Source: Octopus vulgaris (lineage: Eukaryota). From it: DNA of 64,000 bases. The translations under genes and the position numbers were made by a program. A model generated the notes under the pieces. It was not told where the DNA came from. It did not search any database and saw only the letters and a list, made by a program, of their open reading frames with translations. This document shows, one piece after another, positions 50,467 to 62,987 of this stretch. The first letter of the stretch is position 1. The number at the start of each line of letters is the position of its first letter. The DNA is taken from the NCBI GenBank assembly GCA_951406725.2, contig OX597820.1, forward strand, positions 14,446,001-14,510,000. Direction: 5' to 3'.

Positions 50467-51292
50467 TTAGGTTAGTGTTTTCTACCATAGCCTCAGGCCA
50501 TGATACGCATTTAACCTGATATTGCTGTTTTCTGGTTACTTGCCTTTGTCTATCCTTACGTGTAAGCTGGCTGATTTTACAGAAGAGATCAAGTACTGTT
50601 TCAGTTATATCTATTACAATGAAAATGAGGGATGCATTTTTTCTGGTTGGAATGTCTTACTTCTATCCAAGTCAGTGTAATCCTTCAGCTTTCAACTGTC
50701 TTAAAACACGATTGTTTTGTTTTTTTTTTTTTTATCCTGGTAGATAATAGCATTAGATTCACTCTGCTTGGCTGGTGGTTCACCTCTATGCTGGAGTTTC
50801 TTGGGATCTTTTCTGTATCATTTTCTCATTAACCTCTCACCAAACAGTTGAAGCTGAGTGACCCTGTAAGAATATTTTAGTAATTTTCCTATTATTATTT
50901 TGGGTGTGACTCAAAGTTTTTGTAAGAGCTGATTTTTGGACATCCTGACACAATGATAGATTGTTCTAGAAATTCAATCACATAGATAACATTCGTCAGC
51001 TATAATGAGAATCTACCTAATAATGATGGCCTATTTTGGCCTGTCTCCTCTATGGTAATGTTGTTGCTCTTGTTGTTCAATTCAGGCTGGATTTATTCAT
51101 TTGGCTAGGAACAATTTTGAAAAATATTTGGGGCATTAAACTTATATAATCATCATCATCATCATCATCAGTTAATGTCCACTTCTCCATATTTCCATGG
51201 GCCAGATAGTGTTTTTTTTCCCTTTTGTTTAGCAGATTTTCTTTGGCTGGGTGCTCTTCCTGTTGCCAACCTTCCTGCATTTCATCCATCCC

Positions 51293-51616
51293 TATGTTCT
51301 GAATTCAAATTCCGCCAAGGTTGACTTTGTCTTTCAACCTTTTGGGGTTGATAAATTAAGTACCAGTTGTGTTCTGGAGTTGATGTAATTGACTCGTCCC
51401 CTTTCTCCCAAAATTCCAGGCCTTGTGCCTATAGTAGATAGGATTATTATCATGGCAGAATCATTAGCACTGTGTTCTGAGTTCATATCCGTCAAGGTTG
51501 ACTTTGCCTTTCATCCTTTCAGGGTTGATAAATTAAGTACCAGTTACATACTGGGGTTGATGAAATTGACTTATCCTCTCCCTCAAAATTGCTGCCCTTG
51601 TGGTAAAATTGAAAAC

Positions 51617-51665
<49 letters not shown>
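51293..51665 (+). mobile_element. Two head-to-tail SINE A' units
   Basis: gttgactttg..tttca..cttt..gggttgataaattaagtaccagtt present twice, with (ATT)n tails. Confidence 0.85.
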
Positions 51666-52349
51666 GATAATATAAATTCAGACCCTTGCCAGTATTGACT
51701 TTCTTTTTCCACATGTCTGGAGGTCAATAAAACATGTATGATAGATTGTATCCTTTCCCCTTCAAATTTATGGCTCTATGCCTATGTGAAAAATTATTAT
51801 TATTACTATTACTATTATTATTATTACTATTATTATTATTATTATTATTATTCAGAGCACTGCGATTTTAATGGCTGGCAGGGGCAGACTAGCATAACAT
51901 GCAGCTGATAAATTTGGAAATAAATATTTTATTTCTAAAAAGAAACTAAAGACAGGCCCGAAATCTTTTACATAATGAATGCAGACTCAAAACTCAGATG
52001 AAAATTCCCATCCGCCCCCACCCCCCCCCCTCCACCGTTTCCTATTCATGATTCATGGTTAAAAATAGAAATATTTAAATTGTTTATTTACTTTATTTGA
52101 AAGTCTGCTGCTGCTGCTGCTGTTGCTGCCTACGGCATTTTCCTCTTAAAATAACATGGCCCTCCTCTGCTTTTCTGAACTGTGCACGCTTGCTCTTATT
52201 CCCTTGTGTAATGGCTGCATATTTCTGCATTGAAACCTGTCCAGAGTTGATGATATTTCATCCACTGAAGGATGCTAAAATGAGTACCGGTTGTACACCA
52301 AGAACATCCGATTTGATGTATCTCAGAATTATTATTATTATTATTATTA

Positions 52350-52713
52350 TTACCTTCGCCTTAGCAAAGGCGGAGGTATTGTTTTCAGTCACGTTTGTTT
52401 GTTCCTGGACAAGATATCTCAAGAACCGTTGGATGGATTTGGATGAAACTTTCAAGGATGTTTGGCCTCGTGACTGGCACGAACTGCTTAGATTTTGGGA
52501 TCGATCTGGTACCGGACAAAGATTCTGGATTATTTTTCCTGTTTATTTTTTACTTAACTTTTGAGAGCAGTCAAATTCATTTTTAGCATTCTCTTTTGTA
52601 AGAGCAGTCTAGTTTATTTCAGATATTCTCATTTTCAAAACTCATCTCTGGCTAATCGTTGAGAGGACGTTGGTGTTGCCTTGGTGAAGGTTTGCTCTCT
52701 CTGAATGTTCTTT
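52350..52713 (-). mobile_element. Helentron-like element, second copy
   Basis: Reverse complement of 39479-39832; terminal hairpin ccttcgccttagcaaaggcggagg. Confidence 0.65.
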
Positions 52714-52726
52714 TTACTATTAATGA

Positions 52727-53418
52727 TGGCGAGCTGGCTGAATCATTAGCACGCCAGGGAAACTGCTTAGTGACATTTCTTCTGTCTTTTACATTCTGAG
52801 TTCAAATTCCACTGAGGTCATCTTTGCCTTTCATCCTTTTGGGGTCGATGAAATAAGTACCAGCTGCATACTGTGGTAGATGTAATTGAAAGGCGGTAAG
52901 CTGGCAGAAACGTTAGCACGCCGGGCGAAATACTTTGCTGTATTTCATCTGCCGCTACGTTCTGAGTTCAAATTCCACCGAGGTCGACTTTGTTTTTCAT
53001 CCTTTCGGGGTCGATTAAATAAGTTCCAGTTATGCACTGGGGTCAGTGTAATCGACTTAATCTGTTTGTCTGTCCTTGTTTGTGTTTAGCCCCTTGTGGG
53101 TAGTAAAGAAATAGGTAGATGTAATTGACTAGCACCCTCCCACTAAAATTTCAGGCCTTGTGCCTATAATAGAAAGGATTATTATTAATATTATTACTGT
53201 GGTAAGCTGGCAGAGTCATTAACATGCCGGGCAAAATGCTCAGCAGCTTTTCACCCATCTTTATGTTCTGAGTTCAAATTCACCCAAGATTGACTTTGTC
53301 TTTTATTCTTTCAGGATCAATGAGATAAGTACCAGCTGAGCACTAGGGTCACTATAATGGACTAGACCCCTTTGCTAAAATTTCAGGCCTCGTGCCTGTA
53401 GCAGTAGGGGATTATTAT
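52727..53418 (+). mobile_element. SINE A' array with a nested SINE A (52890-53113)
   Basis: Nested copy flanked by 15-bp TSD ggtagatgtaattga (52875-52889 / 53114-53128). Confidence 0.9.
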
Positions 53419-53421
53419 TTA

Positions 53422-53973
53422 TGGAGATAACAGCACATGACATCAAAATGATGCTGGGATACAAAATATACGATGCCCAGTATACCCATCATAACTGCCT
53501 GTCTGATAAGGGTACACCAGACACATGCATCACAACCATATGTGCATGACATGGTGATCTCATATCAAGATCAACAACACATGACCTTGCAGGTGGGGGC
53601 CCAGTTAAAATTTTCTTCAGGCCAGATAGCCCATCCTGCTCAAAAGGACCCTGGATAAGGGTTGTTTAGGGATGATGAATGGAACATCCATGTACCCAGA
53701 GGTGAATTACTGAAACCTTAAAGAATTCCTCTCAACACATGGCTATGATGCTCTCCCACTATTCCTCGTCGTAAGTGGATATACATATCATCAGCCGTTA
53801 AGGGACATGCCCAACTGATTATGGTGAAGCAACTGATGAGCAAATCTATAGTACTGAGCAGAATATTTTCTGTAGCCGATCTTTTACACCATAACAAAAT
53901 ATGTACTGGTCAACATTTCCAATTGGTTAAGATCAAAGGCTATGACAGCCACTGCCTGGTATTGCATCAGGGC
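53422..53973 (-). mobile_element. Family I retroposon
   Basis: Homologous to 49694-50218. Confidence 0.85.
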
Positions 53974-53974
53974 A

Positions 53975-54792
53975 AGCAGAATCATTTGCATGCTTAGCAT
54001 CATTTCATTCATTTTTATGTTCTTGGTTCAAATTCTGCTGAGGTCAACTTTGCTTTTCATCTTTCATGGTTGCTAAAAAAGAAAAAAACCAGTTGAACAC
54101 TGGAATCAATGTAATTGACTGAGCCCCTCCTCTAAAAGAGCTTGACCTGTGCCAAAATTTAAATTCATTATTATTATTATTATTATAGAGTTCTGGTGGC
54201 AATCTGGCAGAATTGCTAGCATGCCAGGCAAAATGCATAGCAGCATTTCGTCTGTCTTTACATTCTGAGTTCAAATTCCATCAAGGTCGACATTGCCTTT
54301 CATCCTTTTGGGGGTCGATGAAATAAGTACCAGTGAAACACTGGGGTCAATGTAATCGACTAGTTCCCTCCCCCAAAATTTTGGGCCGTATTATTATTAT
54401 TATTGAAGGTGGTAAGCTAGCAGAATCATTAACATGCTGGATTGCAATGCTTAGCGGTATTTTGCCTGTCGCTACATACTGAGTTCAAATTCCACCAAGG
54501 TCAGCTTTGCCTTTCATCTTTTCAGAGTTGATTAATGAAGTACCAGTTGGGTACTGGGGTCGATGTGATCGACTGTGTCGATAGTAGAAATGATTATTAT
54601 TATTATTATTATTATTTTTCTATCTTCGTGCTCTGAGTTCAAATTCTGCTCTGGTCGATTTTGCCTTTGATCCTTTCAGAACCGATAAACTAAATATACC
54701 AGTAAAACACTGGGGTTGATGTAATCAACTAGTCCCCTCTCATGAAAATTCAGGCCTTGTACCTATCGTAGAGAGGATTATTATTATTATTA
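53975..54792 (+). mobile_element. Four head-to-tail SINE A' units
   Basis: gttcaaattc...ctttg.cttt.atc repeated four times, each ending in (ATT)n. Confidence 0.85.
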
Positions 54793-55342
54793 AGCTTTGT
54801 TTTTTTTATCATTCTGGAGTATCAGGAATGTTTCTCGGGATGGTTTTGTTGATTACATCTCAGCCCTCTAAAATTTACAGCCTTGGGGCCCAGAGCCAGT
54901 ATGAGAAATTCTCCTTATAATTATTAGTGTTACACTTTGTGAGGCCAAGTGGGCTGTGAGGTTAAGGTGCTGGACCAGGGACAGCATGTTTATAAGCTCA
55001 GATTGTCCTACAGGATATTCATTGTGTCTGGGTTGTGCTTGAGGGCAAGTGTGCATTATTACTCTGCTTATGTCAAGGGAGCTGGAACTAGGTGCCACGC
55101 CCCTTCATGGTTGAGTGGTTAGTAATAAGAAGGACATCCAGCTGTGGAAATATTTACTCTCAAACAATTCATATGAAAATGTGGAAAAGAAAAACGAAAA
55201 AAAAAAACAAAATAAATATATAAGAAAAATGAAAAAGTAAAAATAGAAAATATTGAAAAAGAAACTTCCTCAGGCATCGTGGAAAATTTGCAAAGCACGC
55301 ACGTGTGAGTGCATATGTGTATCTCTCTCTCTCATAAAATAA

Positions 55343-55398
<56 letters not shown>

Positions 55399-55565
55399 AT
55401 GTATATGTGTATGTATATATATATATATATATAATGTAGAGACAGAGATGCACATGTATACATACGTGCACATAATAATGTCTACATCTGGGTTTTGTAT
55501 ATGTACACTTGTGCATGTGTGACTTCATCTCTGTATGTGTCTTATACGTGTACACACATGTGCGT

Positions 55566-55605
<40 letters not shown>

Positions 55606-55794
55606 CTACTCCTGGATTATAATATTTCACAGAAATATGCTAAGCTTTCAGAAGTGTTTATTTTCTCTGTTACCGAAATACAGTTAAAACACAAAGGCAT
55701 TCACAGCTGCTCTTATTTCACTGTTGGCTCCACAAATTGTTGTTACTTGTTCATCTGTGACCTGTTTACCGATGTTTTCCTATTTCCTTTGTGT

Positions 55795-56320
55795 TATCAT
55801 CATCGTCATCATCATCACCATCATCATCGTCGTCGTGGTCGTCCCTATCATCATCATACTCATAGTCATTATCATCATCATTATTGTTATCATCATCCTC
55901 TTCTCCCTCGCTATTACCATCCTCAACTCTATAATCATCGTCATCTACGTTGCCATTATCTCTATCATTACATTATTGTTATTACCGCTATCATCATCAT
56001 TATCATCATCATCATTATCAAAACCATCATCATTATACCTATTATTATTATCATCATTGTCATCATATCTATCATCAGTATTATTATTGTTACCTCTGTC
56101 ATCATTATAACAATCATCATCACCTCTTGTAATAATTCATCACGGTAATCATCAGCATCATCATCATTACCACCATCACCTATTGTTATCATTATCATCT
56201 TTCTCATGTTCCGCTTCATCATCATCATCATCATCATTATCATCATCCTTATTATTGCCACTATCATCAAGAAAACACGTCATCACCACCACCACCACCA
56301 CCATCATCATCATCATCTGT
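55795..56320. repeat. Degenerate (CAT)n tract
   Basis: Trinucleotide tract. Confidence 0.9.
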
Positions 56321-56607
56321 TATATTATGAACTCTTTTTTAAACTTAATCTAAGCTAGTCTATCATTGTTATCACCCAACCATATCCCCAGTTCACACTG
56401 CCATCGACATCATTTGCGATTATGCGTGATATATTGAGTTTAGAAGGAAAATAAGGTTTAAATTTTGAAATTTTGTAGTAATTTATTTTACACTTCTTTT
56501 CCGACATGATTTGTTTTGCTAGCTTGACTTCAGTTAGACAGGTTTCAAATCAAATTGATATATTCTTCGCAACAGTCTCTCTTTCTCTCTCTCTCTCTTT
56601 TTCTCTC

Positions 56608-56638
<31 letters not shown>

Positions 56639-56756
56639 GTTTATCAACTTCTTTCCCTTCTTTCCTTCTCACTTTCTCTTTGCTCTCTTTCTCTGTCTCC
56701 ATTCTCATGCTAACATTTTGATTGTGTGTGTTGATCTATGAATATAATTGCATTTG

Positions 56757-56792
<36 letters not shown>

Positions 56793-56956
56793 TATATGCT
56801 TTGCTTGTGTGTTTCAGTTTGCCTGTCTCTGTGTGCTTGTTTGTTCATATGGCTTTGTTTCTCAATGTGTGTGTGTGTATGCTTATATGTATGTATGTAT
56901 ATATGTATGTATGTATCTACAGAATAAACTGGAGAAACCTCAGTACCATCATCATT

Positions 56957-56988
<32 letters not shown>

Positions 56989-57227
56989 TATCATCATCAT
57001 CATCATTATCATCATCATCATCATTATCGTCATCATCATCACCGGCAGCATGATGAATGTTCTAGGCCAAACAATGGAACCAATATGTATTTGCTTGGCC
57101 TACGGAGAGATAAGTATCCGAATCTCTTTCAGATCACAACCTACTTAAGAAGTAAGAACACATGCAATGATATAGTCCTAGATACATTATGCCTTAAAAA
57201 AAAAAATGACAAAAGCAAAAACTGCTC

Positions 57228-57972
57228 AGGCATGGCTGTGTGGTAAGAAGCTTGTTTCTCAATCACATGGTTCTGGGTTCAGTCCCACTGTGTGAAACCT
57301 TGAGCCTCATGCTGACCAAAATCTTATGAGTGGATTTGGTCAATGTAAACTGAAAGCAGCTGCCGTGTGTGTATGTATATGTATATATATATGTGTGTGT
57401 GTGTGTGTCTCTGTGGGTCTGCCCCCCCCTCTAACTATTATAGACAGAGTTGTGTGGCTGCGTGGTAAGAAGATTCCTTCCCAACTACATAGTTCCGAGT
57501 TCAGTCCCACTGCATGGTACCTTGAGGAAGTGTCAAATCATGTGGTTGAGAAGGAAGCTTCTTACCACACAGCCACTCCTGCGCATAAATTTTAATAACA
57601 AAATCTTATATGGGGCCTGGTTGAGAATCACTGGTTTAGTTGAACAGTTCAACCCCAGTACTTATAAAATAAGTACCTATTTTATTGATATTTTTTGCTG
57701 AACCACTAAGTTATGGGGGCGTGAAGTAACCAACACCAATTATCAAATGGCTGGAGGTTGGGTAACAAATGCAAAGATACATACATATAATGTGTGTGTG
57801 CGTATGTTATATACTTCCACACAGTTTCCATCTGCCAAGTTTACTCTCAAGGCATTGGTAGGCCCAGAGCTATAATAGAAGATATTTGGCCCAAAGCGCC
57901 ACACAATGGAACTGAACCTAAAATCATGTGGTTGCGAAGCAAGTTTCTTAGCCATGCAGCGAAACCTACGCC
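57228..57972. mobile_element. Cluster of SINE B fragments on both strands
   Basis: Plus-strand heads at ~57228 and ~57445; minus-strand pieces at ~57535-57585 and ~57630-57972. Confidence 0.75.
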
Positions 57973-58546
57973 TAGACTACAAACATCCAAATTAACTTGG
58001 TCATTTATTGACTCTGCAAAAATAGCCAAACAGAAGGAAATCTGGAAGAACTTAACCGATTTTATTGACAGAAATATGGTACAAGTGAATTCATAGAAAT
58101 AATCTTTTGTGATGTGACAGTTGTAAGATGAAAGAATCTGCAAGCAAATGAAATATTTGTCATTTTCTTCAGTGCCTTTTCTGCTTATTGCAGCATATTA
58201 TACAGCCTTGGAATGCTTAGTATGAACTTGGTAGATTTTACCATTTGAGATTTAAGCTTCCCAGTTTTGGATTGCTGGTGAATCAATCAATCGGACAGAA
58301 TTGTGGTTGAGTCACATTGCAGTTGTGGTTGAGTTCAAATATTGTCTTGGTTAACCGCATCTTTTGTCCTTCTAAGATCAATTAAACAAATACATCTATC
58401 CTTGTTGAAAAGATTGTTTGCCAACATAACATGGCAGTCCTGGTTTAGGACTAATGTTGCTGTAATTTAGCCCCAGGAGACATTGTGTCAATGAATCTAC
58501 CATTTTTTTCCATTTACAAAATGCCTGGAGATGAGAAATAGCAGAG

Positions 58547-59007
58547 AACCCGGCTGAAGCCACCTCTGGCTCTGTAGTACAAATGTCTTGTTTTCAAAAG
58601 TTCTGAATTAAAATCTTCCACCAAACCTTCGTCCCAATTTATGTTTCTAACACTAGCTGAATGATAACTAAGTTATTTTACTAAGTTCTTTGTTATATTT
58701 AAAATTAATTGAAAGAAACACAGAGCATCTCAACAGAAATATGGTAACAAAAGGGTTAAGATATATATATATAATAGAGAAACAATTCTTAACCCTTTGA
58801 TACCAACCCTGTTGAACCCAGCTCTGCCTCTGTAATACAAATGTCTTGTTTTCATAAGTTTTGAATAAAAATCTTCCACCAAACCTTAGTCACAATTTAT
58901 ATTCCTAATGATAACTAAATTATTTTACTAAATTCTTTGTAATGATTAAATATTAATTGAAAGACACACATAGCATCTCAACAGAAATATGGAAACAAAA
59001 AGGTTAA
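58547..59007. mobile_element. Second tandem dimer of piggyBac-like MITE family D
   Basis: ...ATGGTAACAAAAGGG-TTAA, spacer atatataatagagaaacaattc, TTAA-CCCTTTGATACC...AAAAGG-TTAA. Confidence 0.88.
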
Positions 59008-59044
59008 TGTATACACATTGTCCATAGGTCGTCCTGACATAACA

Positions 59045-59422
59045 TCTTTTATTCTATTACTTGTTTGAGTCATTTGACTGTGGCCATGCTGGAGCACCAC
59101 CTTTAGTCGAACAAATCAACCCCAGGACTTATTCTTTGTAAGCCTAGTGCTTATTCTATCATGTTCTTTTGCCGAACCGCTAGGTTACAGGGATGCAAAC
59201 ACACCAGCACCAGTTGTCATGCAATGGTAGGGGACAAACACAGACACACATATGCATACATATATGATGGGCTTCTTTCAAGTTTCCACTTACCAAATTT
59301 ACCCACAATGCTTTAGTTGGTCAGAGGCTATAGTAGAAGACATTTTCCCAAGGTGCCATACAGTAGGACCAAACTCGGAGCCATGTGGTTGGGAAGCAAG
59401 CTTCTTACCAGACAGCCACGCC
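59045..59422 (-). mobile_element. SINE B
   Basis: Tail to head homology with family B. Confidence 0.85.
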
Positions 59423-60619
59423 TTATGGACATGTGTTAAAAACATAATAAATATCAGAGGGAGATGAAAATTTGCCCTAACGATGGCTAGCAAGACTGCC
59501 TCTCCATCTCATGCAGAGTCCTTCTTCTGAATAAAATTGCTTATGTATTTCTCTGAGCCGAATATTATTTGGCTGGCATTCACCCCATAAGCAGCTCACT
59601 GTTTTTCTGGCATATTATATTTCGGACTGCTCTTAGCTTGTGTATTAATTCATTTCCAAGGTAACAGATTAAAAATTTGAAGGAGATTCGGCTGCTATTA
59701 TGGCGAGTCAAGTGACCGCATAGCAGTGCCTTTGTTAGCTCGCCAGAAGTGGGCAAAGTTTAAATATGGGCTGTAACGCTTTTTTTTTATGTGTTTCCCA
59801 AAGGCATTATTGGAATAAGCGTGAGAGGGCTTGAGTCTGACTCCCTGACTCAACTCATCACAAATTCACTCCTGTTCTTCAACACTGTTTATAATTATAT
59901 TCCATATAGCAAAAAGATAATGATGATAATAATAATGATGATAATGATGATAATAATAATAATAATAATAACAACAACAAGCAATAATGTTTATTGACTT
60001 ATTTCATTCATAAGACTTCCACCATTTTCTCCAGTGCAATCAGCTCAATCATGAACACCACCACCACCACCAATAACAACAACAACATGACCACCACCAT
60101 CACTCCCCCTCCATATCTCCTCCTCCTCCTCTTCCTCCTCTTCTGCTAACTCTTGTCACATTATGGACTTTCCTTTGTCTATTTCCAAAATAATGGGTTT
60201 GGTTGATTCTTCCTTTGTCTTTTCCACAGAAGGATGATGTAGTAGGATGGACAAAAATGGAAGATGGTGGTGGTTTGCGGCAGCGATGGAACAGAATATC
60301 ACTTCAGTTTTATTCTCTCAGAACAAACATCTGTTTTCTTTCTTAAATAAATGCATCTGTGTATAGCACTGCATACATCTACACTTTAAATGTGCATGTT
60401 TGTGCATATGTGTGTATGAAAGGCCACATGCGTATTTTGTATATACTACATAATATTCATTTAATATCTATATAACATTCTATATTTTTTTTATACAATA
60501 TATAATACATCACATATTCTAATCTTCGTAATATATAAGAATAAATAAATGCATGTTCCAATTTGTGTACATATTTGATTTTCATTTAATAGATGTATAA
60601 CATTCTGTGTGTTGTTATA

Positions 60620-61395
60620 TATGAGGGGAAGTCAAAAATTATAGACATCCTTGTTTCTGTAATTTATTAAAACAAAAGCAGGGGTCGAACAATTACATGG
60701 TTTTTCAAAAGAATCTCCTTGCTTTTCGATGCATTTCTTCCAATGGTCCACAAACTTGATTATTCCTATTTCTTTACTACCCACAAGGGGCTAAACACAG
60801 AGATAGACAAACGGATTAAGTTGATTATATCGACCCCAATGCATAACTGGTACTTAATTTATCGACCCTGAAAGGATGAAGGGCAAAGTCGACCTCGGTG
60901 GAATTTGAACTCAGAATGTAGCGGCAGACGAAATACCTATTTCTTTACTACTCACAAGGGGCTAAACACAGAGAGGACAGACAAATGGTTTAAGTCAATT
61001 ATATCGACCCCAGTGCGTAACTGGTACTTATTTAATTGACCCTGAAAGGATGAAAGGCAAAGCAGACAAAATACCGCTAAGCATTTTAGAGTGGGACTGA
61101 ACCTGGAACCGTGTGATTGGGAAGACGAAATACCGCTAAGCATTTCGCCTGGCGTGCTAACGTTTCTGCCAGCTCGCTGCCTTAAGCTTGATTATTCCAT
61201 CAGAGAAGAAAGTTTTGGGCTGGTCAGAAAGCCATTTATGCTCTGCTTCTTGTGCTTCTTCAACAATAACAAATCGGTGGCGTTTGTAAAGGATGTTTGA
61301 GCAGTCCTGAGAGGTGATAGTTGGAAAGGGTGAGATCTGAGCTGTAAGCAGGATGTTCCAGCAACTTAAACCCCAAATTTTCAATGGTGTTGATC
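60620..61395 (-). pseudogene. mariner transposase relic (C-terminal part plus one TIR), interrupted by a SINE
   Basis: Minus strand: LLEHPAYSSDLTLSNYHL (HPPYSPDL motif) / RHRFVIVEEAQEAEHKWLSDQPKTFFSDGIIK[L/F]VDHWKKCIEKQGDSFEK; TIR-like TATGAGGGGAAGTCAAAA at 60620. Confidence 0.88.
60767..61183 (-). mobile_element. Chimeric SINE A multimer with 15-bp TSD
   Basis: TSD aaacttgattattcc (60752-60766) / aagcttgattattcc (61184-61198). Confidence 0.9.
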
Positions 61396-61574
61396 AAGCC
61401 TGGCCAACTTGAATTGCTATGTGGGCCACTTTAATCACAGAAGGTTTTTGAGAGCTGCTTGTATACTTTATGTATTAATAGTCAAATAATCACTGCTGAC
61501 AGAATTGAAAGCATTTTGCTTTCTCATGCTGTTCTTACAATAATGAAGGAATGATCATTGGTTCAACATGAAAT

Positions 61575-61795
61575 ATGGTTGTCAAGTGGTGGTGGGGGAC
61601 AAACACATACACACATATTTATATACCACTGATGGTCTATGTTCAGTTTCTGTCTATGAAATCCACTCACAAGGCTTTGGTCGGCCTGAGGCTATGGTAG
61701 AAGAGACTTGCCAAAGGTGCAAACACAGTGGGACTGAACCTGGAACCATGTGGTTGGGAAGCAAACTTCTTACCGCACAGCCACTCCTGCACCTA
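61575..61795 (-). mobile_element. SINE B, 5' half
   Basis: ccactcacaaggctttggtcggcctgaggct...cagccactcctgcacc. Confidence 0.85.
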
Positions 61796-61796
61796 A

Positions 61797-62410
61797 TCAG
61801 TTTTCCATTTCTTTTTTTCCCCAATCCTTGGCAAAGATTAACTCTAATTGCCTCTTCAGCAAATGATGCAGGAAATTTAAAATATATATTATCTAAACGA
61901 ACTGATAAAGTCATTAACTCTTTTGGTACCATATTTCTGTTGAAATCTGTTGCCTCTGCTTCAATCAATTTTGAAAATAATGAAGAATTTGTGCTTTTTT
62001 TCCCTTGTTTCTCTCTTTTTTTTTTTCATTATTAAAGCTGGTGTTTAGAACAAAAATTGGCATGAAATTTCAATGGAAGGTCTTAATTCAGATCCTTTTG
62101 AAACAAGGAGTCTGAATCATAGAACTAGAGGCGATCTCAGAAAGGTTGGTATCAGAAGGGTTGATAGGTTGTCCGGTTGCTTCTCTCAAAGTCTCTCGTT
62201 TTATTCTTTCACCGATTCTATTTTTGCTGCGAGCAAATTTAAAAGCAATGGAATTTTTATCTCTTCAACAATATGCAATGCCATCTTCAGCCACTACTTG
62301 TATCAATTCAGACTCAACCAGCTGCTGTGTCTCCCAGACAAATAGAAATAAATCCATTTTACCATTTTCATCTGGCTTCATAAAACTTAGGGTATCTTTT
62401 GAAAACTGAT
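61797..62410 (-). pseudogene. Probable Ty3/gypsy gag relic split by a MITE
   Basis: Removing the MITE and allowing one stop and one frameshift gives ...KNRIGERIKRETLREATGQPINDFIS/RLDNIYFKFPASFAEEAIRVNLCQGL..., resembling the retrotransposon gag pattern ER..F...Q..GE....F..RL....F....E.IRD....GL. Confidence 0.45.
61914..62164. mobile_element. piggyBac-like MITE related to family D
   Basis: TTAA-CTCTTTTGGTACCA ... TGGTATCAGAAGGG-TTGA. Confidence 0.8.
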
Positions 62411-62936
62411 AATATATGAATGGCCCCTGCAGAATTCTCATTTAGCACAGAGGGGTTATTTCTTATTATTAAGGGCTTGCGTTGGTTTTATAGTACCTTG
62501 TCAAGTGTGAAAACTATTGTGATGTGTAATTTCAGGGAGTGAATATTCTAACTGTAGATGTGTTTCACACTTCAGAAGTTGTTGAATAACAAAGTTGTAT
62601 GGATGATAAATGGGAAAATTGTTCTACTACAGGCCAGTACACGTAAGCATATGGAACCACCATGGTCTCGTATAATTTTACTGTTAGGAAATTATAGAAT
62701 ATCTAATGCAACATGTGTGCATGGGGGTGAGGGATGGATGTGTGTCTGTCACTGTAGCAACCAGACTGGATATTGTTATACACTGTTGGTCACAATGTGC
62801 TTCTTTGTATTGGTGTACCATTTCGAATGATGTCAGGCCTCACTGACTAAGCAGCTGGGTGTATGTATGTATGTATGTATGTGTGTGTGTGTATGTAAGC
62901 CGACTCAAGAAATCTCTAATGAGACTTGATATTTTT

Positions 62937-62987
62937 TGTACCTGAAGAGTCCCAGAACGGGTGGAAACGTGTGTTGTACCCAATAAA
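62937..62987 (+). ncRNA. Degenerate minimal type-I hammerhead ribozyme motif (Penelope pLTR-type)
   Basis: GTAC-CTGAAGA-GTCCC-AGAAC-GGGTG-GAAAC-GTGT-GT-T-GTAC, immediately followed by AATAAA. Confidence 0.55.

Noticed and set aside
52240-52330. Possible C/D box snoRNA (TGATGA ... CTGA)
   Set aside because: No terminal D box or closing stem at a suitable distance
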